Source: an uncultured delta proteobacterium (GTDB taxonomy: Bacteria > Myxococcota_A > Polyangia > Haliangiales > Haliangiaceae). From it: 64,000 nt of DNA. This document shows, piece after piece, positions 1 through 8,525 of this stretch. The notes under the pieces are model-generated. The model was given only the letters and a program-made list of their open reading frames with translations, made no database searches and had not been told where the DNA came from. Location of the stretch: assembly GCA_963848295.1 (NCBI GenBank), contig CAWKDB010000002.1, forward strand, positions 512,001 through 576,000, read 5' to 3'. Made by a program: the position numbers and the translations under genes. Positions within the stretch are counted from its first letter, which is position 1. Each line of letters begins with the position of its first letter.

Positions 1-1175
1 GCGACGGCGAGCCGGTGCAAGTCGGGCGCACCGCGCGGATGGGCGGCCAGCACGTGTGGGGGCGCCGGCGCGGCGTCGCGATCCACATCAACGCGTTCAA
101 CTTCCCGGCGTGGGGCACGTGCGAGAAGCTCGCGTGTGCGCTGCTCGCCGGCATGCCGGTGATCTCCAAGCCGGCGACCGCGACCGCGCTCGTCGCGTTT
201 CGGCTCGGCCAGGTGTTCGAGCCGGTGCTACCACCCGGCGTCCTGCAGCTGCTCGTCGGCCCGGCCGGCGGACTGCTCGATCACGTCGGCGCCGGCGATG
301 TCGTCGCGTTCACCGGCGGCAGCGCGACCGCTCGCTCGCTGCGCACGCACGCCAAGATCGTCGAGCACGGCGTCCGGCTCAACATCGAGGCCGACTCGCT
401 CAACGCCGCGGTGCTCGGACCCGACGTCGAGCTGTCGGGGGAAGCCGGCGCGCTGTTCCTCGCCGACGTCGCGCGCGACATGACCCAGAAGACCGGCCAG
501 AAGTGCACCGCGATCCGCCGCGTCCTCGTGCCCGAAGCTCGCCTCGCCGAGGTGTGCGACGCCTTGAAGGAGCGGCTCGCGGCGATCGCGATCGGCGACC
601 CCGCGCGCGACGATGTCCGCATGGGCCCGCTCGCCACCGCGCAGCAGAAAGCGGATGTCACCGCCGGCATCGCGCGACTCGCCGCAGCGACCGACGCGGT
701 CTACGGCGGCACGGGCGAGGTCACGGCGCTCGGCGCGCCCGCGGGCAAGGGCTTCTTCGTCGGTCCCGTCGTTCGCACGACCGCGACCCCGATGACGTGC
801 GCCCCGCTCAACCAGCACGAGGTGTTCGGGCCGGTAGCCACCGTCGCGCCGTACTCGGGCGCCGCCAGCGACGCCGCCGCGTTCGTCGCACTCGGCGAGG
901 GCTGCCTCGTGAGCTCGGCATACTCCGACGATCGCGATTGGGTCGCGAGCTTCGTCACCGCCGCCGCGCCATGGGCGGGCCGGCTGTACCTCGGCTCGAC
1001 GAAGATGGCCTCGCAATCGCCGGGACCGGGCACCGCCCTGCCGTCGCTGTTGCACGGTGGCCCGGGCCGCGCCGGCGGCGGCGAGGAGCTCGGCGGCGAG
1101 CGCGGCATGCAGCTGTATCTGCAACGCTGCGCGCTCGAGGGCGACGCGAGCGTGTTGAAGTCGCTGATCGCCTGA
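1..1175 (+). CDS. Aldehyde dehydrogenase, PaaZ/PaaN/BoxD-like (ALDH domain only), 5'-truncated by the window edge
   Basis: Motifs [27 protein letters not shown] (catalytic Cys), [21 protein letters not shown]. No C-terminal MaoC domain. Frame is open to the left edge. Confidence 0.9.
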   Translation, partial: DGEPVQVGRTARMGGQHVWGRRRGVAIHINAFNFPAWGTCEKLACALLAGMPVISKPATATALVAFRLGQVFEPVLPPGVLQLLVGPAGGLLDHVGAGDVVAFTGGSATARSLRTHAKIVEHGVRLNIEADSLNAAVLGPDVELSGEAGALFLADVARDMTQKTGQKCTAIRRVLVPEARLAEVCDALKERLAAIAIGDPARDDVRMGPLATAQQKADVTAGIARLAAATDAVYGGTGEVTALGAPAGKGFFVGPVVRTTATPMTCAPLNQHEVFGPVATVAPYSGAASDAAAFVALGEGCLVSSAYSDDRDWVASFVTAAAPWAGRLYLGSTKMASQSPGPGTALPSLLHGGPGRAGGGEELGGERGMQLYLQRCALEGDASVLKSLIA

Positions 1176-1190
1176 CCCCGCGCGCTGCGG

Positions 1191-1877
1191 CTAGACCAGC
1201 GTCGGAGGCCGACGGCGGATCGCGGCCGGAGCCTCCGGCTCCGGATCGAGCAGCGGCAGCAGCACCGACAGCTCGCGCGCGACGTTGCGGCAGCGGTGGC
1301 GGACGAAGTCGAGCGCATAAGGCTCGGCGAGCAACACGACGAGCGCGGCGTCGTACCAGAAGCTCATCGCGTAGGCGTCGGGATCGACGATCTCGCCGTG
1401 CGAGCTGCCGGGCGCGTGGGTCGCGAGCGCGCGGCGCGCGAGGAATTGCCAGCGCGACGCCTCGTTGTCGTCGGCCGGACGCGCCGACGCGATCAGCTTG
1501 GTCCCGAGCGTGACGAACGCGTTGGTCGCGCGATCGATCGACGCGAGCGCTCGCAGGAACACCTCGATCTTGTCGGTGACTCGCTCGCCACTCGCGACGA
1601 CGCCGGGCGCATACGTGACTTCGGGCAGCCGCGCGACCTCGTGGCGCCGACGGATCGCGCGGAGCTGTCGGGTGGTGCGCTCGAGCGCGGCGTCGAGATC
1701 GAACTCGCGGCTCGTGCGCGTCGGCAGCTCGACCCGCAAGAACTCGCCTCCGCCGAGCGCGAGCGTGCGCGCGGGCACGCCGGTGCGCGAGTCATCGCTC
1801 TCGATCACTCGCGCCGACACCGCGCCGGTCTCGGTCACCAGCTCGCGCAGCACTTCGATCACCTCGTCCTCGATCAC
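1191..1877 (-). CDS. Hypothetical protein
   Basis: GTG start overlaps the TGA of the upstream gene (GTGA at 1874-1877). Protein-like composition from VIEDEVIEVL onward. Confidence 0.7.
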   Translation of the reverse strand: MIEDEVIEVLRELVTETGAVSARVIESDDSRTGVPARTLALGGGEFLRVELPTRTSREFDLDAALERTTRQLRAIRRRHEVARLPEVTYAPGVVASGERVTDKIEVFLRALASIDRATNAFVTLGTKLIASARPADDNEASRWQFLARRALATHAPGSSHGEIVDPDAYAMSFWYDAALVVLLAEPYALDFVRHRCRNVARELSVLLPLLDPEPEAPAAIRRRPPTLV

Positions 1878-2563
1878 GACAGCTCGCGCTCCACCAGCGT
1901 CGTCGCGACCATTGTCGCGGGCTGTGGGAAGAACAAGTAGTTCGCGATCGCCGGCTGACCCGCGTAGAGCGCGGTCCAGTCGCCGGCGGCGAACCCGGGC
2001 GGCGCATGCGCGATGTCGCCGAAGTCGACGCTCAGCAGCTCGTACGCGGGCAGCAGCGCGACGAGCCGCTGGAGCCGCGGCAACAACGGCGCGTCGTAGA
2101 CGCCGGCGCGCGGGCGCTCGGTGATCAAGAAGCCGTCCGGCGTCGAGCTGACGTCGATCGCGACCTGCTGGGCGGCGGCGACGCGCGCGCGCTGGCTGAC
2201 GACCAGGCGCAGGTAGAGCTCGCTGATCCGCGCGTCGGGCTCGCACCACTCGATCGGTACGGCCGCGCCGTGATCGCGAACTTGCAACGCGCACGGTGTT
2301 CGCCCCAAGCACAGCACGTAGATGTAGTCGCACGGTTCGTCTTCGCCACCGGCGCGCACGAACGTCGCGGCCGACAGTTCTTGAGCCAGCTCGTCGGCGA
2401 GCGCAGCGAGCTCGTCGGGCGCGATCCCGTCGGCGCGCGCGTCCGCGGGCTCGCCCCACGTGCGCGTCGGATAGAGCTGGTCGAGCGCTTGGTCGACCGA
2501 CGACATCATCTCGCCCTTGCGATGATCGCAGCCAGTCTTGCTCTTACAGCTGGTGCAGCCCAC
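1874..2563 (-). CDS. Hypothetical protein with N-terminal Cys cluster (CxxCx5CxH)
   Basis: 229-aa ORF starting MGCTSCKSKTGCDH; normal codon usage; coupled to the downstream gene. Confidence 0.8.
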   Translation of the reverse strand: MGCTSCKSKTGCDHRKGEMMSSVDQALDQLYPTRTWGEPADARADGIAPDELAALADELAQELSAATFVRAGGEDEPCDYIYVLCLGRTPCALQVRDHGAAVPIEWCEPDARISELYLRLVVSQRARVAAAQQVAIDVSSTPDGFLITERPRAGVYDAPLLPRLQRLVALLPAYELLSVDFGDIAHAPPGFAAGDWTALYAGQPAIANYLFFPQPATMVATTLVERELS

Positions 2564-2674
2564 GGCGCCGGGGACTCTACACTGTGTCCTTCAAAACGCC
2601 CCACGTGAACCCTACGCCACTTCATGAAAGCCTTAATAGTCAGGTAACCACGCTGGGTTGCTCGACCCGCCCGG

Positions 2675-2690
2675 CGGCACGCCCGCTGCA
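2675..2690 (+). promoter_or_regulatory. Candidate sigma54 (-24/-12) promoter
   Basis: CGGCACGCCCGCTGCA = GG-N10-GC, about 13 nt before ATG 2703. Confidence 0.5.
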
Positions 2691-2702
2691 ATACCCCACG
2701 AC

Positions 2703-3191
2703 ATGAAGCTCACCAACCTCCTGTTCGTAGGCATCCTGGGCACCGTTTTCGCGGCCGGTACCGCTAGCGCAGGCGGCTTCCACGGCGGCGGTGGTCACGG
2801 CGGTGGTGGCCACTCCAGCGGTGGTCACTCCGCGGGCGGCGGCGGTCACTACGCGGGCGGCGGCGGTCACTACGCTGGCACCAGTGGTCACTACGCGAGC
2901 GGCGGTGGTCACTACGCGCGGGGCGGTGGTCGTTACGTCGGCGGCGGTGGCCGCTACGTCAACGGCGGCCGGTTCTACGGCCCGCGCTACTACGGCCCCA
3001 GCGTCGGTGTCGGCTACGGGTATGTCGACCCCGGCTACGTCGACCCTGATTACGTCGATCCCGGCTACGTCGATCCCGACTATGGCTACGTCGATCCGTA
3101 CGCGGCGCCCGTCGTCGAAGCTCCGATCGTGGTCGGCCCACGCTACGTCCACCGCCCCCGCTTCGTTCGCCGCGGCTGGCATCGCTGGTAG
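2703..3191 (+). CDS. Secreted Gly/Tyr-rich low-complexity protein
   Basis: Signal peptide MKLTNLLFVGILGTVFAAGTASA; GGGHYA repeats and YVDP(G/D) repeats. Confidence 0.8.
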   Translation: MKLTNLLFVGILGTVFAAGTASAGGFHGGGGHGGGGHSSGGHSAGGGGHYAGGGGHYAGTSGHYASGGGHYARGGGRYVGGGGRYVNGGRFYGPRYYGPSVGVGYGYVDPGYVDPDYVDPGYVDPDYGYVDPYAAPVVEAPIVVGPRYVHRPRFVRRGWHRW

Positions 3192-3250
3192 TTGTGGGCT
3201 CGTCGAGCGACGAGCCTTCGCGCAGCCCGCGGTGCTCGCTGCCCTCTCGC

Positions 3251-4183
3251 TTAGTCGCGGCGCATGAAGATCCTGATCACGTACCAGAACATCAGCGCGA
3301 CCGACGAGAACAGCGCGAGCGCCGCGGCGACTTGCGACCGCGGCGGATAGTGTGCCAGCACTTGCGACGTCTGGTAGAGGATATACGCGGCGGCGAACAG
3401 CACCATGCCGATCGAGAACGCGAGGCCGAGGTTGAAGCCGAAGCCGAGCGACAAGTAGATGAGAGTCAGCGCCGCGCCGCCTGCCATCAACAGGCCGCTG
3501 CGCAGGAACGAGAAGTCCTTCTTCGAGATGAACACCGACAGCGTGAGCATCACGAACACGCCGACGGTGACCACTCCGGCGTCGCGGATGATGTGCGGCT
3601 CGGCGCCACCGCGTGCGAGGATCATCTGGGTCTTGACCGCGACGAGGGTCAACAGCGGCACGAAGATCAGCGCCTCGGCGCACACGTAGAGCGCGAGCCC
3701 GATGTACTGCACCGGCTTCGACTTCGCGTGTGACGCCCAGCTGTCGGCGAGCCACGAGATCGCCATGAACGCGGCGAGCACGATGCCCCAGTTCCACCGC
3801 GCCCCGAGCGCGAACTTGACGAGCGGTTGCGAGATGCGCGCGCCGAGGAACGGGTTCGTCATCAACAGATATTCGAGCCCGGCGAACGCGAGGATCGCGA
3901 ACAGCAGGTGCAGGTACGTCAGCCGGATGAACCGGACGCGCTCGGGTGCGCCGACCTCGCTGCGGATCGGCCGCGCCGGCGTTTGGAGCGATGGCGGAGT
4001 CTCCTGCGGGGCCGCCGCGGCGACCGGTTCTGCGACGTGCACCGGGTACGCGGGATAGGCGCCCGCGTAGTAGGTCGGCGGCGGCGGCGCAGGGTACGGC
4101 GGTTCAACCGCATAAGGCTGCTGGGTGTGCAGCGGTGGTGGCGGGGTCCAGCCGATGAGCGTCTTCGACGGGTCGTAGGTCAT
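3251..4183 (-). CDS. Bax inhibitor-1/YccA family membrane protein with Pro-rich N-terminus
   Basis: ERVRFIRLTYLHL, KKDFSFL, about 7 hydrophobic helices, AAALALFSSVALMFWYVIRI. Start taken at MTYDPSK. Confidence 0.88.
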   Translation of the reverse strand: MTYDPSKTLIGWTPPPPLHTQQPYAVEPPYPAPPPPTYYAGAYPAYPVHVAEPVAAAAPQETPPSLQTPARPIRSEVGAPERVRFIRLTYLHLLFAILAFAGLEYLLMTNPFLGARISQPLVKFALGARWNWGIVLAAFMAISWLADSWASHAKSKPVQYIGLALYVCAEALIFVPLLTLVAVKTQMILARGGAEPHIIRDAGVVTVGVFVMLTLSVFISKKDFSFLRSGLLMAGGAALTLIYLSLGFGFNLGLAFSIGMVLFAAAYILYQTSQVLAHYPPRSQVAAALALFSSVALMFWYVIRIFMRRD

Positions 4184-4311
4184 CGCGGGTCGACATCGCA
4201 ACCCGCGTGCCGCGCTAAGGCCGCAACGTCCCTGGAGCTCGCGACCGGGTACTACGCAACCGATGGCGCGATCGCGCAAGCACAGCGCTGAACGCCTGCT
4301 ACGCTGTTCGC

Positions 4312-4587
4312 GTGGTGCGCAGCGCGACGCCCGTCGAGCCCGTTGCCTCCCGGGCGACGATATCCTTGCGCCAGCACTCGATCGGCTTCTTGATCTGTCT
4401 TGCCGTTGGCATGGTGCTGTCGCTGATCGGAGCGGCCATGGCCGTGGTGCTCGAGCTACCACACGAGCTCGTCGCGGACAGGACCGATATGGACTACGTG
4501 CGTCCAATGGTCCTGTTCGCATTCGCGTTCGCGATCGCCTGCGCCGTCTCGCGCGCCTACGTCACGCGCCGCCGATCGTCGATCTAA
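4312..4587 (+). CDS. Small two-TM membrane protein (start uncertain)
   Basis: Two hydrophobic stretches and a basic C-terminus; fills the gap between flanking genes. Confidence 0.55.
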   Translation: MVRSATPVEPVASRATISLRQHSIGFLICLAVGMVLSLIGAAMAVVLELPHELVADRTDMDYVRPMVLFAFAFAIACAVSRAYVTRRRSSI

Positions 4588-5828
4588 AGCCCGGTGCGCT
4601 CGTTCGGCGGCTTGCCGAGCGCGAACCCTTCGTGCAACGCGCGCAACGCGAGCTCGGCGTACTTGCGCGCGATCACGCACGAGATCTTGATCTCGCTGGT
4701 CGAGATCAGCTGGATGTTGATGTTCTCGGCCGCGAGCAGCTCGAACATCGTCTTCGCGACGCCCGCATGCGAGCGCATCCCGACGCCGACGACCGAGACC
4801 TTGCAGATGTCGTCGTCGAAGCTGATCCGGTCACCGCCGACGCCGACCAGATCCGGGACCTTGGTCGCGAGCAGCTCGACCGCCCGCTTGCGGTCGCTCT
4901 TCGGCACGGTGAACGTGAGGTCGGTCGTCCCGTCGTAGGCCTGGTTCTGGACGATCATGTCGACCGTGATGCTCGCGTCGGCGAGCGGCGCGAACAGCTT
5001 CGCCGCGACGCCGGACGTGTCGGGCAGGTCCTTGACGGTGATCTTCGCTTCGTCGCGTGACGCGGTGACACCGGATACGACGACTCTCTCCATCGCAGCC
5101 TCCTCGGGGACGACCCACGTGCCGGGGACATCTGAAAAGCTCGAACGGACGTGGATCGGCACGGCGTACTTCATGCCGAGCTCGACCGAGCGCAGCTGGA
5201 GCACCTTCGCGCCGAGCGACGCGAGCTCGAGCATCTCCTCGTAGCTGATCCGATCGATCTTGCGCGCGGTCGGCACGATGTTCGGATCGGTCGTGTAGAC
5301 ACCGTCGACGTCGGTGTAGATCTCGCAGACATCGGCGGCGAGCGCCGCCGCGATCGCGACGCCGGTGGTATCGCTGCCGCCGCGGCCGAGCGTCGTGATG
5401 TTGCCCTTGTCGTCGACGCCCTGAAAGCCCGCGATCACCGCGATCTCGCCGGCGGCGACCGCGTCCTTGATCGGCTGGCTGTCGATCGACACGATGCGCG
5501 CGCGAGAGAACGCCGAGTCCGTCACGATCTTGCATTGATGGCCGAGGAACGACCGCGCCTTGCCGCCGGCGGCGCGGATCGCGAGCGCGACGAGGCCGAC
5601 CGAGACCTGCTCCCCGGTCGCGATGATCACGTCGACCTCGCGATCGTTCGGATCGTCGTGGAGCTGGCGCGTGAGCTCGAGCAAGCGGTTGGTCTCGCCC
5701 GACATCGCCGACACGACGACCGCGACCTGATGACCTTGGCGCTGGGTCGCTAGGCAACGCTCGGCGACGTGCTTCATCCGGTCGATCGTCCCGACCGAGG
5801 TCCCGCCGAACTTCTGGACGATCAGCAC
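4584..5828 (-). CDS. lysC: Aspartate kinase
   Basis: [42 protein letters not shown], two ACT domains (ISTSEIKIS). Confidence 0.97.
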   Translation of the reverse strand: MLIVQKFGGTSVGTIDRMKHVAERCLATQRQGHQVAVVVSAMSGETNRLLELTRQLHDDPNDREVDVIIATGEQVSVGLVALAIRAAGGKARSFLGHQCKIVTDSAFSRARIVSIDSQPIKDAVAAGEIAVIAGFQGVDDKGNITTLGRGGSDTTGVAIAAALAADVCEIYTDVDGVYTTDPNIVPTARKIDRISYEEMLELASLGAKVLQLRSVELGMKYAVPIHVRSSFSDVPGTWVVPEEAAMERVVVSGVTASRDEAKITVKDLPDTSGVAAKLFAPLADASITVDMIVQNQAYDGTTDLTFTVPKSDRKRAVELLATKVPDLVGVGGDRISFDDDICKVSVVGVGMRSHAGVAKTMFELLAAENINIQLISTSEIKISCVIARKYAELALRALHEGFALGKPPNERTGL

Positions 5829-5837
5829 GGGTCGACG

Positions 5838-7841
5838 TTAATACGCCGCCGCCGCCGCGTCAGGGTTCGCCGCCGAGATCAGCGTCCAGGTCTGATCCGC
5901 GGGCGGCCGGCCGACGACATGCGAGGTCTGTGCGCCGGTCTCGACCGGATTGCAGAACACGTCCTCGATCAGCGCGCCCGACGCGAGGTCGCGACACAGC
6001 TGGCGACAATCGTCGCTCGTCACCGCGCCCGCGGCGGCGGTCAGGCAGCGCGCACCGATCGTACGGAGCTGACCGGTGCCGAACAGGAACAGCGTCGCGG
6101 GTGCGATCGGAGCCTCGTCGCACGGCGCGAGCGCGACCGCATCGGCGGGCAACGACGTCGCGTGCGTCGCGCCGAGCCCCGGGTTCAGCGTGTGACCGTT
6201 GCCATCCGCGACCCGAACGCACGTACTGGTGCCGGCGAGCTCGAGCTGGTTCGTCGTCGTGAGCTGCCAGCTCGGCGCGGTCGCGCACGAGGCGATCGCG
6301 AGCGCGCCGGCGGTCGCGGCCAGGCACGTGTCGTCGCCGGCGCCGCCGAGCTGGATCCGCCCGGTCAACGCGGTCGTCGTCACGACGCTGCGCTGGGCAT
6401 AGCTGCGCTCCGCCCACGAGGTGTCGTAGTTCCACTCGTCGAACACCGGGGCGTCGAGCGTGCTGCCCTTCGCGAGCTGGTCGCGATCGTCGTAGATCCA
6501 GTAGCGCGCGAACGTCTGGCGCTTCTGCTCCTGGCGCGGCGCGGTGAGGTTGACCGGCTCGCGATCGAGCGTATAGCCGCGATAGGTGCGGAGCTGGAGC
6601 GGCGTCGCCATCGTCGCTTGCGCTTCGATCGCGGCGGACAGCGCGAACAGCGCGCCGAAGTAATGGCTCCAGTGCTCGGTGTAGCCATCGACCGCGACGC
6701 AATCGGCGTCCGAGCTGCACGGCAAGGCTGCGCTCGAGTCGCAGGTGCCATGCGCGAGGTTGCAGGTGTCGGCCTTGTAGCTCTGCGGGCCGTCGAGCAC
6801 GTCGAAGTACAGGTTCGTGGCGTCGAGCGTGCTGACCGAGGTCGCGCCGAACCGCTCGATCACCCCGGCGAGCACGCCGACCAGCTCGTCGTGCGCGGTC
6901 GTCGCGTCGGTCGGTGTCTTCGGGCCGATCACTTGCTCGGGAATCGCGCTGCCGAGCGTGCACAGGTCCGCGCCCGCGACCGCTTCGCACTGCGTGCAGC
7001 ACCCAGAAGCGCCTTCGGGAAACGCGCACGGCGTCTCGGCGCCCGACCACGTGCACTGCCGGCTATCCGCCGCGGCGCAGCCGAACGTGTAGCCGTAGTA
7101 GCTCGACCACGCCGGCGGGCCGCGCAGCTCGCAGCCGACGCACGCGCCGTCGCTGTAGCCGCCGCTCGCGCCGACGCCTTGCACCGGCGCGATGCCCTGG
7201 ATGCCGGCGCGCGCCCACTGGAGGTTCGCGTTCGACGAGCCCTGCTCCGGGTGATAGCCGTTGTAGACGCACGACGTGGCGTTCTCCCACATGCACTCGA
7301 TCTCGCCGTCGACGAGCCGGACGAACACGAGCGACAGCTGCGCTCCGCCGACCGCGAGCGCGTACTCCGTGAGCTCGATGCCGCCAACGCTGATCGACAC
7401 GTGGCCCGGATCGGACACCAGCGTCCAACCCGGAGGTGCCGCGGCGCCAGCGACGTAGCCGGGCAACGGCGGCTGCCCCGCCATGAACGAGTAGGCGTCG
7501 AGCAGGCCGCGCTCGCGATCGCGCCAGTAGACGTCCGGGTCGTCGTGGGTGAGCCGACCGCACGCGTTGTGGCTCTGGTCGGTCATCACGTCGTTCGCCC
7601 AGTCGTCGCCCGCGGTCAGTACGACGAGCGTGACGTTGTTGCCGACCGCGATGCTGTTCGCGATGTCCGGGTTCATGAACAGCAAGTCGTCGTCGGGATG
7701 CGCGGTGATGTAGACGTCGGAGCAGCGTCCGGGCCCCGGACACGTGAACGGGGAGAGCGCGGGCGCCGCCACGACGATCGCGGCATCCGGCGCCGATGGA
7801 GCGCAGCCGACGATCACCAGGACGCATAGGAGCCGAGACAC
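5838..7841 (-). CDS. Lipoprotein, PIG-L/LmbE-family deacetylase with Cys-rich inserts and C-terminal ricin-B-like lectin domain
   Basis: Lipobox [16 protein letters not shown] and LTAGD motifs; C-terminal CL..., QLEL, DQTW repeats. Confidence 0.75.
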   Translation of the reverse strand: MSRLLCVLVIVGCAPSAPDAAIVVAAPALSPFTCPGPGRCSDVYITAHPDDDLLFMNPDIANSIAVGNNVTLVVLTAGDDWANDVMTDQSHNACGRLTHDDPDVYWRDRERGLLDAYSFMAGQPPLPGYVAGAAAPPGWTLVSDPGHVSISVGGIELTEYALAVGGAQLSLVFVRLVDGEIECMWENATSCVYNGYHPEQGSSNANLQWARAGIQGIAPVQGVGASGGYSDGACVGCELRGPPAWSSYYGYTFGCAAADSRQCTWSGAETPCAFPEGASGCCTQCEAVAGADLCTLGSAIPEQVIGPKTPTDATTAHDELVGVLAGVIERFGATSVSTLDATNLYFDVLDGPQSYKADTCNLAHGTCDSSAALPCSSDADCVAVDGYTEHWSHYFGALFALSAAIEAQATMATPLQLRTYRGYTLDREPVNLTAPRQEQKRQTFARYWIYDDRDQLAKGSTLDAPVFDEWNYDTSWAERSYAQRSVVTTTALTGRIQLGGAGDDTCLAATAGALAIASCATAPSWQLTTTNQLELAGTSTCVRVADGNGHTLNPGLGATHATSLPADAVALAPCDEAPIAPATLFLFGTGQLRTIGARCLTAAAGAVTSDDCRQLCRDLASGALIEDVFCNPVETGAQTSHVVGRPPADQTWTLISAANPDAAAAAY

Positions 7842-7896
7842 GCGCGCCTACCATACAGAAATGGCGGCGCCGATCAGCGGCGTTCTCGGGCTCGGC

Positions 7897-8475
7897 CTAC
7901 GGGCAGTCGGTCGGGCATGTATCGTTCGACTCGTCCGCCTCGCATGTGCCATCGGGCGAGTTGCCGTCGCAGAAGGTGTCGCCGGCGATCTCGCAGTCGA
8001 TGCACGTCGTGATGTCTTCGCCAATATCGCACACGAAGTCCATGTTGCAGGTCCCGGTCATCCCGCCCCCACCTTCGAGGCACGTCGTGCAGCCGTTGAC
8101 GTCGACGCCGGTGCAGACGTTGGTGAACAGGCACTCGACGCAGGCTTCGAGCACGGTCGGATCGGAGCAGTCGAGCGAGCCCGAGCCGCTGCCCGAACCG
8201 GTGCCGCAATCGGCTGGGCAGTTGTTCGAGTCTTCACCCGGGTCGCACGTGCCGTCGCCGCACACCGCCTGAGTGCCGGTTCCCGCGTCGGGCGCCGCGT
8301 GCGTGCCGCAATCTGCCGGGCAGCTGTCGACTTCGCTCGCCGCGCAGATCCCATCGCCGCACGACGGCACGTGGTTCGCGTCCGGGGACGGCGTGCCACT
8401 CGTGTTGCCGAAGCTACACGCCGCGAGTAACACCGATGTAACGAGCGCGAACAGATAGCCCGGTGTGTTCCTCAT
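7897..8475 (-). CDS. Cys-rich lipoprotein (CGDGxC repeats)
   Basis: Lipobox LAAC; CGDGIC...CPADC and CGDGTC...CPADC repeats. Confidence 0.8.
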   Translation of the reverse strand: MRNTPGYLFALVTSVLLAACSFGNTSGTPSPDANHVPSCGDGICAASEVDSCPADCGTHAAPDAGTGTQAVCGDGTCDPGEDSNNCPADCGTGSGSGSGSLDCSDPTVLEACVECLFTNVCTGVDVNGCTTCLEGGGGMTGTCNMDFVCDIGEDITTCIDCEIAGDTFCDGNSPDGTCEADESNDTCPTDCP

Positions 8476-8525
8476 GGTCGGGCATCCTACTAATCAGCTT
8501 CACTGAATCAACTACAAAATCGCGA

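Noticed and set aside
2444..2457. 14-nt match (CGCGGGCTCGCCCC) to the second hairpin of the recG insert
   Set aside because: Short, GC-only, lacks the rest of the element; chance is likely.
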